A DNA stretch of 64,000 bases, from NCBI GenBank assembly GCA_963811105.1, contig CAWEPZ010000011.1:256001-320000 (forward strand), given 5' to 3'. Below the pieces are notes generated by a model, which was given only the letters and a program-made list of their open reading frames with translations, was not told the origin of the DNA and did not search any database. This document shows, piece by piece, positions 19,320 to 29,734 of this stretch. Numbering within the stretch: position 1 is the stretch's first letter; the number at the start of each line of letters is the position of its first letter. Origin of the DNA: Candidatus Bathyarchaeota archaeon. GTDB taxonomy: Archaea; Thermoproteota; Bathyarchaeia; Bathyarchaeales; Bathycorpusculaceae. The position numbers and the translations under genes are program-made.

Positions 19320-20636
19320 ATGAACCGCAAATACTGGAATGAAAAAACCGAAACCATGCCCGCTGAAGAAACAAAGAAGCATCAACTAAGAAAATTGCAG
19401 TTGCAGGTCAAACATTGCTATCTCAACAGCACTTTTTACAGGAAAAAATTTGACGGCATCGGATTAAAGCCTCAAGATATAGAGTCACTTGATGACCTCA
19501 AAAAAATTCCTTTCACAGTTAAAGCTGATCTAAGAGATAATTACCCATTCGGCATGGTTGCAGTTAAGTCGGATGAAATATGCGAGATTCATGCTTCAAG
19601 CGGCACTACGGGAAACCCGATAGTTGGTGCTTATACAAGAAGCGACTTAGACGTTTGGCAGGAATTGATGGCTCGATCCATCTACACCACAGGCGGAAGA
19701 CAGCAAGATGTTATCCACATAGCCTACGGCTATGGCTTATTCACGGGCGGCATGGGCTTCCATTATGGCGCTCAAAAACTTGGAGCCAAAATTATTCCTG
19801 CAAGCGGCGGGATGACCCAGCGTCAAATAAAACTAATGAGAGACTTGGACGCCACAATACTTGCCTGCACGCCAAGCTTCGCAGTTTACCTTGCTGAAAC
19901 AATGGTTCAAGAAGGTATAGACCCAAGCAAAGATCTCAAACTGAAGTCTGGAATGTTTGGCGCAGAGCCTTGGTCAGACAAAATTAGAGAAAGAATCGAG
20001 AAAGACCTAAACATTGAAGCGTTTGATGTTTATGGGTTAACTGAGCTTTGCGGTCCAGGTGTTTCCATTGAATGCAATGAGCATAAGGGATTACATATTG
20101 CTGAAGATCACTTTATTGTGGAAACAATTAATCCTGACACTTCTGAAGTATTGCCTCCTGGAGAAGAAGGCGAATTAGTTTTCACAACTTTAACTAAAAC
20201 AGGGTTGCCTTTGCTTAGGTATCGGACAAGAGATATTTCTAAACTTGAATTTGAAAAATGCGGATGCGGGCGCACTCACGCCAGAATGATGCGGGTTCAC
20301 GGCAGATCAGATGACATGTTGATTATTCGTGGAGTAAACATATTCCCCTCGCAAATAGAGTATGCGGTTATGTGCTTCTCAGAACTGGCAGCTCAATACC
20401 TTATAGTTGTCGACAGACCTGGAGCTTTGGACACATTTGTTGTTAAAGTTGAATTATGTGATAAAGCTTTCACCGATCCAAAGTTAGATCAGAATTCACT
20501 GAAGAATGATATTCAAAAGAGAATACACATTGTAACGGGTATAACGGCAGATGTTGAAATTGTTAAGCCCGGTGAGCTTCCGAGAACGGAAGGAAAAGCA
20601 AAAAGAGTTCTGGACTTGCGCAAAGGCAAAATGTAA
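19320..20636 (+). CDS. paaK: Phenylacetate-CoA ligase family protein
   Basis: HASSGTTG, YGYGLFTGG, GAEPWS, YGLTELCGPGV, RYRTRD, GRSDDMLIIRGVNIFPSQIE. Confidence 0.92.
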   Translation: MNRKYWNEKTETMPAEETKKHQLRKLQLQVKHCYLNSTFYRKKFDGIGLKPQDIESLDDLKKIPFTVKADLRDNYPFGMVAVKSDEICEIHASSGTTGNPIVGAYTRSDLDVWQELMARSIYTTGGRQQDVIHIAYGYGLFTGGMGFHYGAQKLGAKIIPASGGMTQRQIKLMRDLDATILACTPSFAVYLAETMVQEGIDPSKDLKLKSGMFGAEPWSDKIRERIEKDLNIEAFDVYGLTELCGPGVSIECNEHKGLHIAEDHFIVETINPDTSEVLPPGEEGELVFTTLTKTGLPLLRYRTRDISKLEFEKCGCGRTHARMMRVHGRSDDMLIIRGVNIFPSQIEYAVMCFSELAAQYLIVVDRPGALDTFVVKVELCDKAFTDPKLDQNSLKNDIQKRIHIVTGITADVEIVKPGELPRTEGKAKRVLDLRKGKM

Positions 20637-20647
20637 AGGATCTTTAT

Positions 20648-22840
20648 ATGACCTCTAAGATTGGGGTAGACAAGCCTGGCAGATTTGCCTTGCTTAACGG
20701 TGATGAAGCAGTTGCACGAGGCGCAGTGGAATCAAGTGTTAAAGTTGCAGCTTCGTATCCCGGAACGCCTGCTACTGAAATTTTGGAAACCATAGCTGAA
20801 GTATCGAAAGAATTTGATATTTACGCTGAATGGAGCATAAATGAGATTGTGGCCGCGGAAGTTGCTGCAGGCGCTTCAATGACGGGCGTGAGATCCATTG
20901 TTTCTATGAAACATGTTGGTTTAAACGTTGCCGCAGACGCTGCAATGACGTTGGCTTATACTGGTGTTGAAGGAGGAATGGTAATTGCGGTCTGTGATGA
21001 TCCAGCATTGCATAGCAGCCAAAACGAGCAAGATACCAGGTATTTTGCAGTTCACTCGAAACTGCCATTGCTTGACGCTGGAAACCCGCAAGAAGCTCTC
21101 GACATGTCGCGTGAAGCCTTTGAACTGAGCGAAAAACTGCATTTGCCAGTGATCTTGCGGTTAACAACTAGGGTTGCACATGGAAAATCAAAAGTTAAAC
21201 TTGGCAATATACAGAAAATCAATCGGAAATCTGAGTTTGACAAGAAAGGTTCGAAATGGGTGATGGTGCCCTCAAACGCGATTAGACAACACAGAGTTTT
21301 GGAGGGCAGATTGGCGGAAGCAAAAAAGCTTGCTAATTTTTCCAAGTTTAACTTCGTTGAGGACAACGGTTGCGAAATAGGCATTGTTGGAAGTGGGGTT
21401 GGATATTATTATGCGCGCTCGATCTTGGATGCAAAAAAGTTTTCGTGGCTAAAGTTAGGTTTTGTTTACCCATTTCCAGATGAAACAGTTAAAAAATTTG
21501 CTTCTAAAGTGAAGAAGTTAATTGTAATTGAAGAGCTTCGACCTTACATGGAGGAAAACATCCAGCGCCTAAATCTTCAAGTCTTGGGAAAAATTGATCT
21601 TGGGTTACAGGAAATTGGTGAATTCACACCTGATAATGTTCGCCAAGCATTTGCAAATATGGGATTAGCCGAGAAAGCGGAAGCGCCAGAGCCACTGGAT
21701 TTGCCTCTTCGTCCGCCAGCACTTTGCCCAGCTTGTCCCCACAGAGCATTTTATTATGCGTTAAATATGGTTAACCAGTACGTTAACTGTGATAACGAGA
21801 AATGCGTTGGCTGCGACATATGCGAGTATGCTTGCTCTTTTGAAAAAGAAAGAGTCTTCAACCCTCTTAAATCCAGGATTCGCTCGGTTAGGATTGGACA
21901 AACCTTCAACACAGCGGTAACGTGTAAAGGCTGTATAGATGTTCCTTGCATGGTAGCTTGTCCAGAAAAAGCTCTGATGCGGTCAAGTGAAACTGGCGCC
22001 ATAATGGTTGATGAAGAAAAATGTAACGGTTGTGGATGGTGTATTGAAGCCTGCGAGTATGGTGCTGTAACGATGCAACCTGACAAACGCAAAGTTATCA
22101 TTTGCGACACTTGTGGCGGAGACCCAAAATGCATCCCGCTTTGCCCTGAGAGCGCCTTGAGCTTGACTGGAAAATCAAATGATAAAATCGTCACTGGCGA
22201 CATTGGCTGCTATACGCTAGGTGTGTTACCTCCTGTAAATGCTGTTCAGACATGCCTTTGTATGGGGGCTGGAATCTCTCAAGCTGCAGGCATGATTCAT
22301 GCAGGAATCAAAGAAAAAGTATTTGCGGTTATTGGCGATTCAACGTTTTTCCATGCAGGAATGCCTGGACTTATGAATATTGCTTACAACAAATCGAACG
22401 TCTGCGTTATCATAATGGATAATAGCACTGTCGCTATGACTGGGCATCAGCCAACGCCGAGCTCAGGAAAAACTGCTATGGGTGCGGATGCTAAGATATT
22501 GAGAATTCAAGATGTTGCTAAAGGTCTTGGAATAGACAAAGTCGAAATCGTTGACCCCTATGACATTAAAGCAACAACCAGGGCATTGAGAGAAATTCTT
22601 GATTATAATGGTCCATCAGTTATTATCTCTCAGAAGCCCTGTCCACTGTTGATTGAGAGAGGTAAAGCGAGAGAAGTTTTGGAGAAATGTAATGGATGCG
22701 GGGTCTGCGTTAAAGCCTTTGGTTGCCCAGCAATCAGTCTTTCAAATGAACGGGCCGAGATAGATGCCACTTTGTGCTATGGATGTGGCGTATGTGAAAC
22801 CGTGTGTCCCTTTGAAGCTATAAGGAGAAAAGAAAAATGA
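20648..22840 (+). CDS. iorA: Indolepyruvate:ferredoxin oxidoreductase alpha subunit with an internal 4x[4Fe-4S] insertion
   Basis: GDEAVARGA, YPGTP, MKHVGLNVAAD, SSQNEQD, CPACPH...GDIGCY, GDSTFFHAG, AMTGHQP, C-terminal ferredoxin. Confidence 0.92.
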   Translation: MTSKIGVDKPGRFALLNGDEAVARGAVESSVKVAASYPGTPATEILETIAEVSKEFDIYAEWSINEIVAAEVAAGASMTGVRSIVSMKHVGLNVAADAAMTLAYTGVEGGMVIAVCDDPALHSSQNEQDTRYFAVHSKLPLLDAGNPQEALDMSREAFELSEKLHLPVILRLTTRVAHGKSKVKLGNIQKINRKSEFDKKGSKWVMVPSNAIRQHRVLEGRLAEAKKLANFSKFNFVEDNGCEIGIVGSGVGYYYARSILDAKKFSWLKLGFVYPFPDETVKKFASKVKKLIVIEELRPYMEENIQRLNLQVLGKIDLGLQEIGEFTPDNVRQAFANMGLAEKAEAPEPLDLPLRPPALCPACPHRAFYYALNMVNQYVNCDNEKCVGCDICEYACSFEKERVFNPLKSRIRSVRIGQTFNTAVTCKGCIDVPCMVACPEKALMRSSETGAIMVDEEKCNGCGWCIEACEYGAVTMQPDKRKVIICDTCGGDPKCIPLCPESALSLTGKSNDKIVTGDIGCYTLGVLPPVNAVQTCLCMGAGISQAAGMIHAGIKEKVFAVIGDSTFFHAGMPGLMNIAYNKSNVCVIIMDNSTVAMTGHQPTPSSGKTAMGADAKILRIQDVAKGLGIDKVEIVDPYDIKATTRALREILDYNGPSVIISQKPCPLLIERGKAREVLEKCNGCGVCVKAFGCPAISLSNERAEIDATLCYGCGVCETVCPFEAIRRKEK

Positions 22841-23424
22841 AACTTGACGTAGTTTTCAGCGGCGTCGGCGGCCAAGGCGTTGTAGTTTTAAGTGATATTT
22901 ATTGCGAAGCTGCCATGTTGGATGGTCTTGATGTTGCGAAGGCGGAGATTCATGGCATGGCGCAGCGTGGAGGGTCGATTGTTGCATATGCCAGAATTGG
23001 CGATAAGGTTGAGTCTCCATTAATTGAAACAGGAAAAGCAGATGTGCTTGTAGGCTTTGAAATTCTTGAAACTGCAAGAGCCCTTCCAATGTTAAAGAAA
23101 AAGGGTAACGTTATTGTTAACATGAAGTACATTCCCCCAAGCTGTAGTTTTTCAGGAGTTAAACCCAAAAAAACAGCAGAATTGCTTCAGATTCTAAAGT
23201 CCAAAGGCGATGTTCATGAGGTAGATGGCATGGGCATTGCTGAAAAACTTGGGAACCTCTTGGTTGTTAATACTATTCTTCTTGGAGCCTTATCTGCCCT
23301 TCCTGAAATTCCAGTAAAAGTGGAGTCTTTTCAGCAGGCGATTGCCGGCAGGCTTAAAGAAAAATATGTAAATTTGAATCTGAAAGCTTTCCAGTTAGGC
23401 AGAGAAAGCGTGTTAATCAGTTAA
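22837..23424 (+). CDS. iorB: Indolepyruvate:ferredoxin oxidoreductase beta subunit
   Basis: GVGGQG, EIHGMAQRGGS, NTILLGAL. Confidence 0.92.
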   Translation: MKLDVVFSGVGGQGVVVLSDIYCEAAMLDGLDVAKAEIHGMAQRGGSIVAYARIGDKVESPLIETGKADVLVGFEILETARALPMLKKKGNVIVNMKYIPPSCSFSGVKPKKTAELLQILKSKGDVHEVDGMGIAEKLGNLLVVNTILLGALSALPEIPVKVESFQQAIAGRLKEKYVNLNLKAFQLGRESVLIS

Positions 23425-23477
23425 TTTTATTAGCAATTACGTTTGATATAGCAAAGAAAAACTGAGAGGATGTATAC

Positions 23478-24863
23478 TTGAATAAGAAAATACTCGCTTT
23501 AGTCGTCGTTGTAATTATTGCAGTTGCAGCAGTTGCAGCTATAGAATTATCTACAAAACCAGCACCATCAGCTGAAGCCCGAAATATCAAGATTGGCTTA
23601 GTTGCTCCACTGTCTACCTCAATTGGACAAGACATGCTAAAAGCATCGCAAATGGCAGTTAACGAGATCAATGATGGAGGCGGAATCTCTGTTTCTGATT
23701 GGAATACCAAAGTCAACATAAGTTTAGTTACTGTTGATACTGGAACCGATACAGTTCCAGCCGATGCCGTAACAGCAGTAACAAAAGCAGTTCAACAAGA
23801 CCAAGTAGATATGCTAATCGGCGGTTATGGAAGTGCAGCAACTCTCGCTGACGAAGTCGTAGCTATCAACAACAAGGTACCTTTCATAATCACTGGAGCG
23901 TCAAACCAGCTTGTCACGAGACGAGGACCACAGGGCAACTATGGCGGCTTTGGAACAGATGGCACCTACAGTATCACTGATGCGGCGGGAATAGAGGGAA
24001 TGACTTACATGTTCCACTATTGCACAACAACCTACGATTACGCTAAGACAGTTGTTGAGTTTTTAAACCAAGAAATGAAGCCTATGGTAGCTGCAGACAG
24101 AAACCTCAGTCTTGCGTTATATTACCGCGATGATTCCTTCGGGAATGCAGTTGAACAAGCCGCTAAGTATTGGATTCAGAACGAAAACCTGCCAATTAAT
24201 ATCGTAGCAGACAGAAAACACCCAACTTCTTCAAACAGTTTCCAAACTGACCTAACAGTAATCAAAGGTGACCATCCAGACGCAGTTTTTGTCGCAGACA
24301 ATCCAGACATAACACCACAAGTGATCCAACAAGGATGGAATGATGTAGGACTAAAGACCGTTTACATTGCAGTTGAAAACAATCAAGACCCAGTATTCTA
24401 CAATCTATTAGGAAGTGTTGGTGACGGGCAACTTTTGGAGTCAAAGATGGACCCATTCCAAGTACCTTCTTATCTGCCGGCAGTACAAACATATTCTCAA
24501 AAATTCAACCAAACTTACAATGTAGCGCCAGGAATGATGGGAGTTGACACATATGACGCATTTTACATAGCTAAGAACGCAATTCAAAATGCTGGAACCG
24601 TTGATAAAGCAGCTGTACGGCAAGCAATAGAAAACACCAAAATGGACCAAAGACTCATAATGACTGCTACCGGCAAAATTCAATTCAGCACAGGCGTTAA
24701 CTATCATGAAATTGGCCCAGTTACATTCATGGAGCAACTCAAATGGAATGCTGAAACCAATAAGCTTGAATCGCAAATTATTTGGCCAGCGACTGAACCA
24801 GCCGTAAGCAATTTCAAACAAGCAGACTTCAGATTGCCAACAGGCTACCAACCTGGAAGCTAA
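23478..24863 (+). CDS. ABC transporter substrate-binding protein (LivK/type 1 periplasmic-binding fold), N-terminally anchored
   Basis: IKIGLVAPLS, IGGYGS, DDSFG, YDAFY; located within the liv operon. Confidence 0.85.
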   Translation: MNKKILALVVVVIIAVAAVAAIELSTKPAPSAEARNIKIGLVAPLSTSIGQDMLKASQMAVNEINDGGGISVSDWNTKVNISLVTVDTGTDTVPADAVTAVTKAVQQDQVDMLIGGYGSAATLADEVVAINNKVPFIITGASNQLVTRRGPQGNYGGFGTDGTYSITDAAGIEGMTYMFHYCTTTYDYAKTVVEFLNQEMKPMVAADRNLSLALYYRDDSFGNAVEQAAKYWIQNENLPINIVADRKHPTSSNSFQTDLTVIKGDHPDAVFVADNPDITPQVIQQGWNDVGLKTVYIAVENNQDPVFYNLLGSVGDGQLLESKMDPFQVPSYLPAVQTYSQKFNQTYNVAPGMMGVDTYDAFYIAKNAIQNAGTVDKAAVRQAIENTKMDQRLIMTATGKIQFSTGVNYHEIGPVTFMEQLKWNAETNKLESQIIWPATEPAVSNFKQADFRLPTGYQPGS

Positions 24864-24990
24864 ACCAAGCTCCCTTCCAAAATTTTTTTTTCTTCTTTAT
24901 TTTTCTAAAATTAAAAAACATTTTAAATAGCTATGTGAGGAATAAGAAAACTAATAGTTCACAATTAATGACCGAGGGAATAACTGTATC

Positions 24991-25869
24991 ATGGATATTA
25001 CTGCGGGAACAATAGTCTTAACACTAATTTGGGGCGTTGCAATCGGTTGCATTTACATGTTACTTGCTTCTGGATTAAACATTATTTTTGGCGTCATGAA
25101 ACTTGTCAATTTTGCTCATGGACAGTTTCTTATGATAGGTGCGTATCTTACTTGGACCGTTTCGGTTGCTGCAGGCCTAAACGCTTATCTGGCAATTCTT
25201 GTCTCGATGGCAATAGTAGCTGGGATAGGCATACTTATTGAACGATTAACTTTTCGAAGGGTCTTGGGAACTGATAAGCTCAATGAGATTTTTGTTAGCC
25301 TCGGCTTGATTTACATTTTTGAAAATGCTGCCCTACTTATTTGGGGTGACCAGTCTCAACAGATTAAAAGCCCCTTTTACGGTATGAGTTTGAATCTGCC
25401 AAGCATATCTATAACATATGATAGAATTATAGCTGTTTTCGTAGTGGTTGCTGTTCTAGTAGGTTTCGGTTTACTGCTTTATAAAACAAAAATTGGCTTA
25501 GCAATGCGGGCTACCAGCCAAATCAACAGAACAGCTATGCTTATGGGAATAAACGTGGAAAGAATCTATTTGGTTACTTTCGGTTTAGGATCGGCTTTAG
25601 CTGCAACAGCGGGTGGATTATATGGAATCATTTTCTCTTTTAACTCGCAAACAGGAGCAATGCCAACAATCATAGCCTTCGCGATAATCATTCTTGGTGG
25701 GTTAGGAAGCATACGGGGTGCTATTGTTGGCGGATTGCTTTATGGTATCACAGAACAGATGGCGACATTGTTTCTGGGGGGAATTTGGTCAAGTGCGGTT
25801 GCTTTTGCCTTGCTGATAATTGTCCTTATAATTCGGCCGAACGGAATATTCGGTGAAAAAGGAGAATAA
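24991..25869 (+). CDS. livH: Branched-chain amino acid ABC permease
   Basis: GLNIIFGVMKLVNFAHG, GLAMRA, ILGGLGS, RPNGIFG. Confidence 0.9.
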   Translation: MDITAGTIVLTLIWGVAIGCIYMLLASGLNIIFGVMKLVNFAHGQFLMIGAYLTWTVSVAAGLNAYLAILVSMAIVAGIGILIERLTFRRVLGTDKLNEIFVSLGLIYIFENAALLIWGDQSQQIKSPFYGMSLNLPSISITYDRIIAVFVVVAVLVGFGLLLYKTKIGLAMRATSQINRTAMLMGINVERIYLVTFGLGSALAATAGGLYGIIFSFNSQTGAMPTIIAFAIIILGGLGSIRGAIVGGLLYGITEQMATLFLGGIWSSAVAFALLIIVLIIRPNGIFGEKGE

Positions 25870-26965
25870 CATGCCAATATTAAAGCAGCTCTCTATTTTC
25901 ATGCGTTCAAGAAGCTTCCAATTTTTAATTGCAAGTTTCGTGGTTCTAGCACTTATTCCATTATTCATAACTGACAAGTTCTTCCTGTTCGTTTTTACAT
26001 TGATATTTATCTTTGCAATCTATGCTGCAAGCTGGAATTTTCTGGCTAATTCAGGGCAAGGTTCACTCGGACATGCGGCTTTCTTAGGAATCGGCGGGTT
26101 CTCATCAGCAATTATTGGCGGCAGAATCTCCAATGCCATAATTGGAACCTTCGGTGCTAATGCCATGCAGCCCGGGATTCTGTCTTTGCTAATTCAACTT
26201 TCAGTTCTTCTTATCGGAGGTTTGATTTCTGCCGGAATCGGCTTGTTGATTGGTTTGGCTTGTGTACGGTTGAAGGCTTGGTATTTGGCCATGGTTACTT
26301 TCGGGTTTTCAGTGATAGCTTTTACCTTGTCCAGCCAGTTTAATTCCTTCACTAATGGAATAGATGGTTTTCAAACTGCGATACTTGTGACCGGGGGTTA
26401 CCCTTTTTACATTTTGGTTGTTTCTTTTGCTGCGGTTTCCATTGCGGTTATGTATTTGATTATGAAGTCTCGCATGGGGTTGGCTTTTCGGGCAATACAT
26501 GGCAATGAAGCTGAGGCCCGCATGATTGGGGTTAATACGGTCAAGTATAAGTTGATAGCTTTTGTTATTAGCACATTCTTTGCTGGTATCGCAGGAGGAT
26601 TATACTCTTATTTCTTTCAGTTTATCGATAATTCAGTTTTCTCGCCTGCTAACTCGTTTTTGCCGCTGATTATGACTGTTATCGGTGGCTTGGGCACTGT
26701 AAGCGGACCCATCATAGGTGCCTTTTTCCTTACGTCAGTAGGGCAAATCCTAGGCACGCAGAGTGTTACTCACGCCTTGAGCACAACACTTGGACCGCTC
26801 TTCCCAAAAGTTGGTTACGTTGGCCCTCCAATAACATATCTAATTATCGGTGTAATTCTATTAATTATTGTTATTTTCTCGCCTAAAGGGTTAACGTCGC
26901 TGTTCCGCAAATTCATCAATTACATAGTAACGGAAGATAAACCTAAAGGAACCAAGACCAAATGA
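25853..26965 (+). CDS. livM: Branched-chain amino acid ABC permease
   Basis: GQGSLGHAAF, YLAMVT, GLAFRAI, IGGLG. Confidence 0.88.
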   Translation: MKKENNMPILKQLSIFMRSRSFQFLIASFVVLALIPLFITDKFFLFVFTLIFIFAIYAASWNFLANSGQGSLGHAAFLGIGGFSSAIIGGRISNAIIGTFGANAMQPGILSLLIQLSVLLIGGLISAGIGLLIGLACVRLKAWYLAMVTFGFSVIAFTLSSQFNSFTNGIDGFQTAILVTGGYPFYILVVSFAAVSIAVMYLIMKSRMGLAFRAIHGNEAEARMIGVNTVKYKLIAFVISTFFAGIAGGLYSYFFQFIDNSVFSPANSFLPLIMTVIGGLGTVSGPIIGAFFLTSVGQILGTQSVTHALSTTLGPLFPKVGYVGPPITYLIIGVILLIIVIFSPKGLTSLFRKFINYIVTEDKPKGTKTK

Positions 26966-27324
26966 AGGGAACAGATTATTTCGCTGAAGCCTTAGGAATC
27001 CAAGTATTAGAAATCAAAGACGGCTACGCGAAAGTAACTATGAAAGTGGAAAAAAACCATACTAACGCACTGGACTTCACACACGGCGGTGTCATTTTCT
27101 CGCTGGCAGACTACGCTTTTGCGCAAGCATGTAATTATGGCGACAATGTTGCCGTAGCAGTTCAAGTTAGCATAAACTTTCTCAGGCCCTCGGTTGAAGG
27201 TGACCTGTTGACGGCAGAAGCGGTTAGGGTTTCTGACGGAAAAACAATGGGTTTGTATCAAGTAATGGTTAAGAAAGAGGAAAAAATCATTGCTTCCTTC
27301 TCAGGATTAGCATTTAAAAAGTAG
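26962..27324 (+). CDS. paaI: PaaI-family hotdog thioesterase
   Basis: HTNALDFTHGGVIFSLADYAFA..CN. Confidence 0.88.
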   Translation: MKGTDYFAEALGIQVLEIKDGYAKVTMKVEKNHTNALDFTHGGVIFSLADYAFAQACNYGDNVAVAVQVSINFLRPSVEGDLLTAEAVRVSDGKTMGLYQVMVKKEEKIIASFSGLAFKK

Positions 27325-27412
27325 TTTCTCAACCAAGCACTAAATAGATATAACAAAAAAAGAAGTAGAACCAACAATATTTTTATGTGGGCTCCAACCC
27401 TAGAGTCACAAT

Positions 27413-27488
27413 GCTGGGGTGGCCGAATGGTTCAGGCGACAGCCTGCAGAGCTGTTATATATGGGTTCAATTCCCATCCCCAGCTCCA
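27413..27488 (+). tRNA. tRNA-Cys(GCA), intronless, CCA encoded
   Basis: Acceptor GCTGGGG/CCCCAGC, U73 discriminator plus CCA, anticodon arm ACAGC-CTGCAGA-GCTGT, T-arm ATGGG-TTCAATT-CCCAT; TTTTTATG box at 27380-27387. Confidence 0.95.
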
Positions 27489-27773
27489 ATCACTGGCCAT
27501 GGATGTTTAGGGTTCGGTTCCCTATCATACTACTGTACTTAATTCTGCAGCAAGTTTAAACTGCATGTTACTCAGGGTTTAGCAATCGCCTAGAGTGCGT
27601 AGATCCAAATCAAAAGACAATTAGCAATAGATTCATTTCCAAAAAACCAGTCACAGTAAAATAGATTAGTAAAAGAAAAAGGAGATTTTTTGACTTATCT
27701 TGCTTTGTTCTGCACACGCGGTCCAATTAGGATTCAAAGCCAATCTACAAATTCCTTCATATTCTTAGTCTGA

Positions 27774-27793
27774 ATATGCACATCCCCAGATCT
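27774..27793 (+). repeat. Degenerate copy of the tRNA-Cys 3' end (att-like relic 1)
   Basis: ATATG-ca-CATCCCCAGATCT vs tRNA ATATG...CATCCCCAGCTCC. Confidence 0.5.
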
Positions 27794-27916
27794 GGTGATC
27801 TCAGTTACCAGGCCCTCTCCACTGAGCATTGTCTAGGAAATACTAATTAACAGACTTCATATAGGCGTTACCTTGTCAAGAAAACAGAAAAAAGAAGAAT
27901 TTTTTGCTATTATAGT

Positions 27917-28129
27917 TTATTTTTTTGCCAATGCCGCCGCTGCTACGATTGCAATTATTGCTCCAAGTGCGACTATTATCCAATATAGGTAGGTAGGAGT
28001 CCAATTAGAGGTAAGGCTCCAATTAGGGATGACATAGCACCAAAGCAACGAGACGAGTACTATCAAGATTCCCAATATAAGTTCTGCCACTGCAAAAGCT
28101 TTAGACGCCGCCATTCTTTCTTTCTCCAA
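27917..28129 (-). CDS. Small two-TM membrane protein
   Basis: Two hydrophobic helices, 70 aa, C-terminal KK. Confidence 0.6.
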   Translation of the reverse strand: MEKERMAASKAFAVAELILGILIVLVSLLWCYVIPNWSLTSNWTPTYLYWIIVALGAIIAIVAAAALAKK

Positions 28130-28900
28130 AAAAATATTATGAAAATCATCTTTTAAATTTTGCTATGCTAAGGCTGGGCTTCACTGAAAGTTACAACAAA
28201 CCCTCATAGCAAACCACCCTGACATCGGTGTCGCCCTCTTCCCAATCGTAGCCGACAATGCTGGGTTTAACTTCGGGTGAACTATCATCAATGATCGAGC
28301 CAGCTTTCCCACTTATGATTTGATTAAAAACCCTCAGTTGTTGCTTCACTATGTAACCACAATATCTTATATTTTGTATTAAGTAAACTCTATCCAGATA
28401 GCAATGTTCCGAGTTAGGCAGGTTGGCGGCTAATAGAAGATAAGGGTTTTTCTCTCCTTCCTCTCAAGCAATCTTTTTTCCTTATCTCTGTTAGCAAAAG
28501 GCTGACCTGCTTAACCCCACTTTTAGCCCTTCAAGTACACGATTAAGTAGATTTGTTCAGGCTTGAAAATAAAAAAAGAAAAAGAAGGCTAAACCTCAAT
28601 GCAGATTCTGTTCAAAACATCGGCTATTACAACTTTGGGTTGGAGCTATGTAGAATTATGTAGCCGTCGCATCCGCGTTTTGCATCTCGGTACTGTTCTG
28701 CCATTGTTGGTTCCTGTCCTAGAATTAAGCCTATGTTGTTGCCTAAGATCGGTCGTGTGCGTCATCAGAATTTCTGTTAGCGCGAGTCGGTTACTATTTG
28801 TACCGTCGGATAGCCAGGTAAAGTGAAGTTGCCGCCTGTTGCGCCAAGGTTTGCGATGGCCACTTCTGCCGATCTCGTTACTTCACCAATCATGTGAGAT

Positions 28901-28921
28901 TTCAATTCCATCCCCAGATCT
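28901..28921 (+). repeat. Degenerate copy of the tRNA-Cys 3' end (att-like relic 2)
   Basis: TTCAATTCC-ATCCCCAGATC vs tRNA TTCAATTCCCATCCCCAGCTC (one deletion, one substitution). Confidence 0.7.
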
Positions 28922-29734
28922 TTGAACGGATCCTAAACTTTTTAGGTATTTTTTGTCACTTTCTAATCAGAACGCCATACCGTAGCAAGAGTCTAAAAAG
29001 GGTAGAACTTATCCTTCTTTATTCACTTGCTATGTTTTCTAATCTTTCCAGAGGCACTCAGATCCTTTTATTTCGGTTTCTTGAAGTTCAACGTTTCCGT
29101 CTTTAACTACTATGGCATTAATTTTGCCGAAAAACTCTGTAAAGCTAATCACTCTGCTTTCGGTCATACTTATCCTCTATCAATTCTATTTTTTGCCTCA
29201 TTGAGATTTAATTCTTGCTAACATGCAGATATATATGTAAATATAAAAAGATAAGTCAGCATTTTTTTGTGTTAACAAACGATGTTTCTTAATTGAAATG
29301 GATCGAAAGTTAACTAAAAAACTGTTATAGATGGATTTAAATCAGGATTTTCACATAACGAGAACGGTGAGAATATGTTGTGCCTGCACTTGCAGAATAG
29401 AATTTTACAGCTAATTCTATAGAGCTTCAACAGATTTTCGCAGTATCTGCAACAATTCCTTTTGTCCTTTTTGCTAACCTTGCATTAGTTGTTTATCTTA
29501 AAAGCTATAATGTCAGTCATCTATTTCCTCTGAAACCAAAACAAAAAAGGTAGCTTTGAGGGAGACGTCTCCAACCAATATGATTTCAACTCTCAACTTT
29601 TTCCTCAATTTAGCCATATTTAGCGAAAATATGTTTAATTTGGTGACCTCATATTTGTTGGATTGCTACTATAGAAAAAGTCTACTTCTTTGGAGCAGGT
29701 AAATTGAGAAGCTTGGAAACTGCAGGGATCAGGT

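Noticed and set aside
434-27261. Many 60-150 aa ORFs antisense to or out of frame within the metabolic genes (e.g. 3248-3499, 7938-8228, 21754-22203, 24441-24851)
   Set aside because: Shadow ORFs of well-supported genes with no recognisable motifs.
28599-29221. Short plus-strand ORFs downstream of the tRNA
   Set aside because: No motifs; the region reads more like decayed minus-strand gene fragments that I could not identify.
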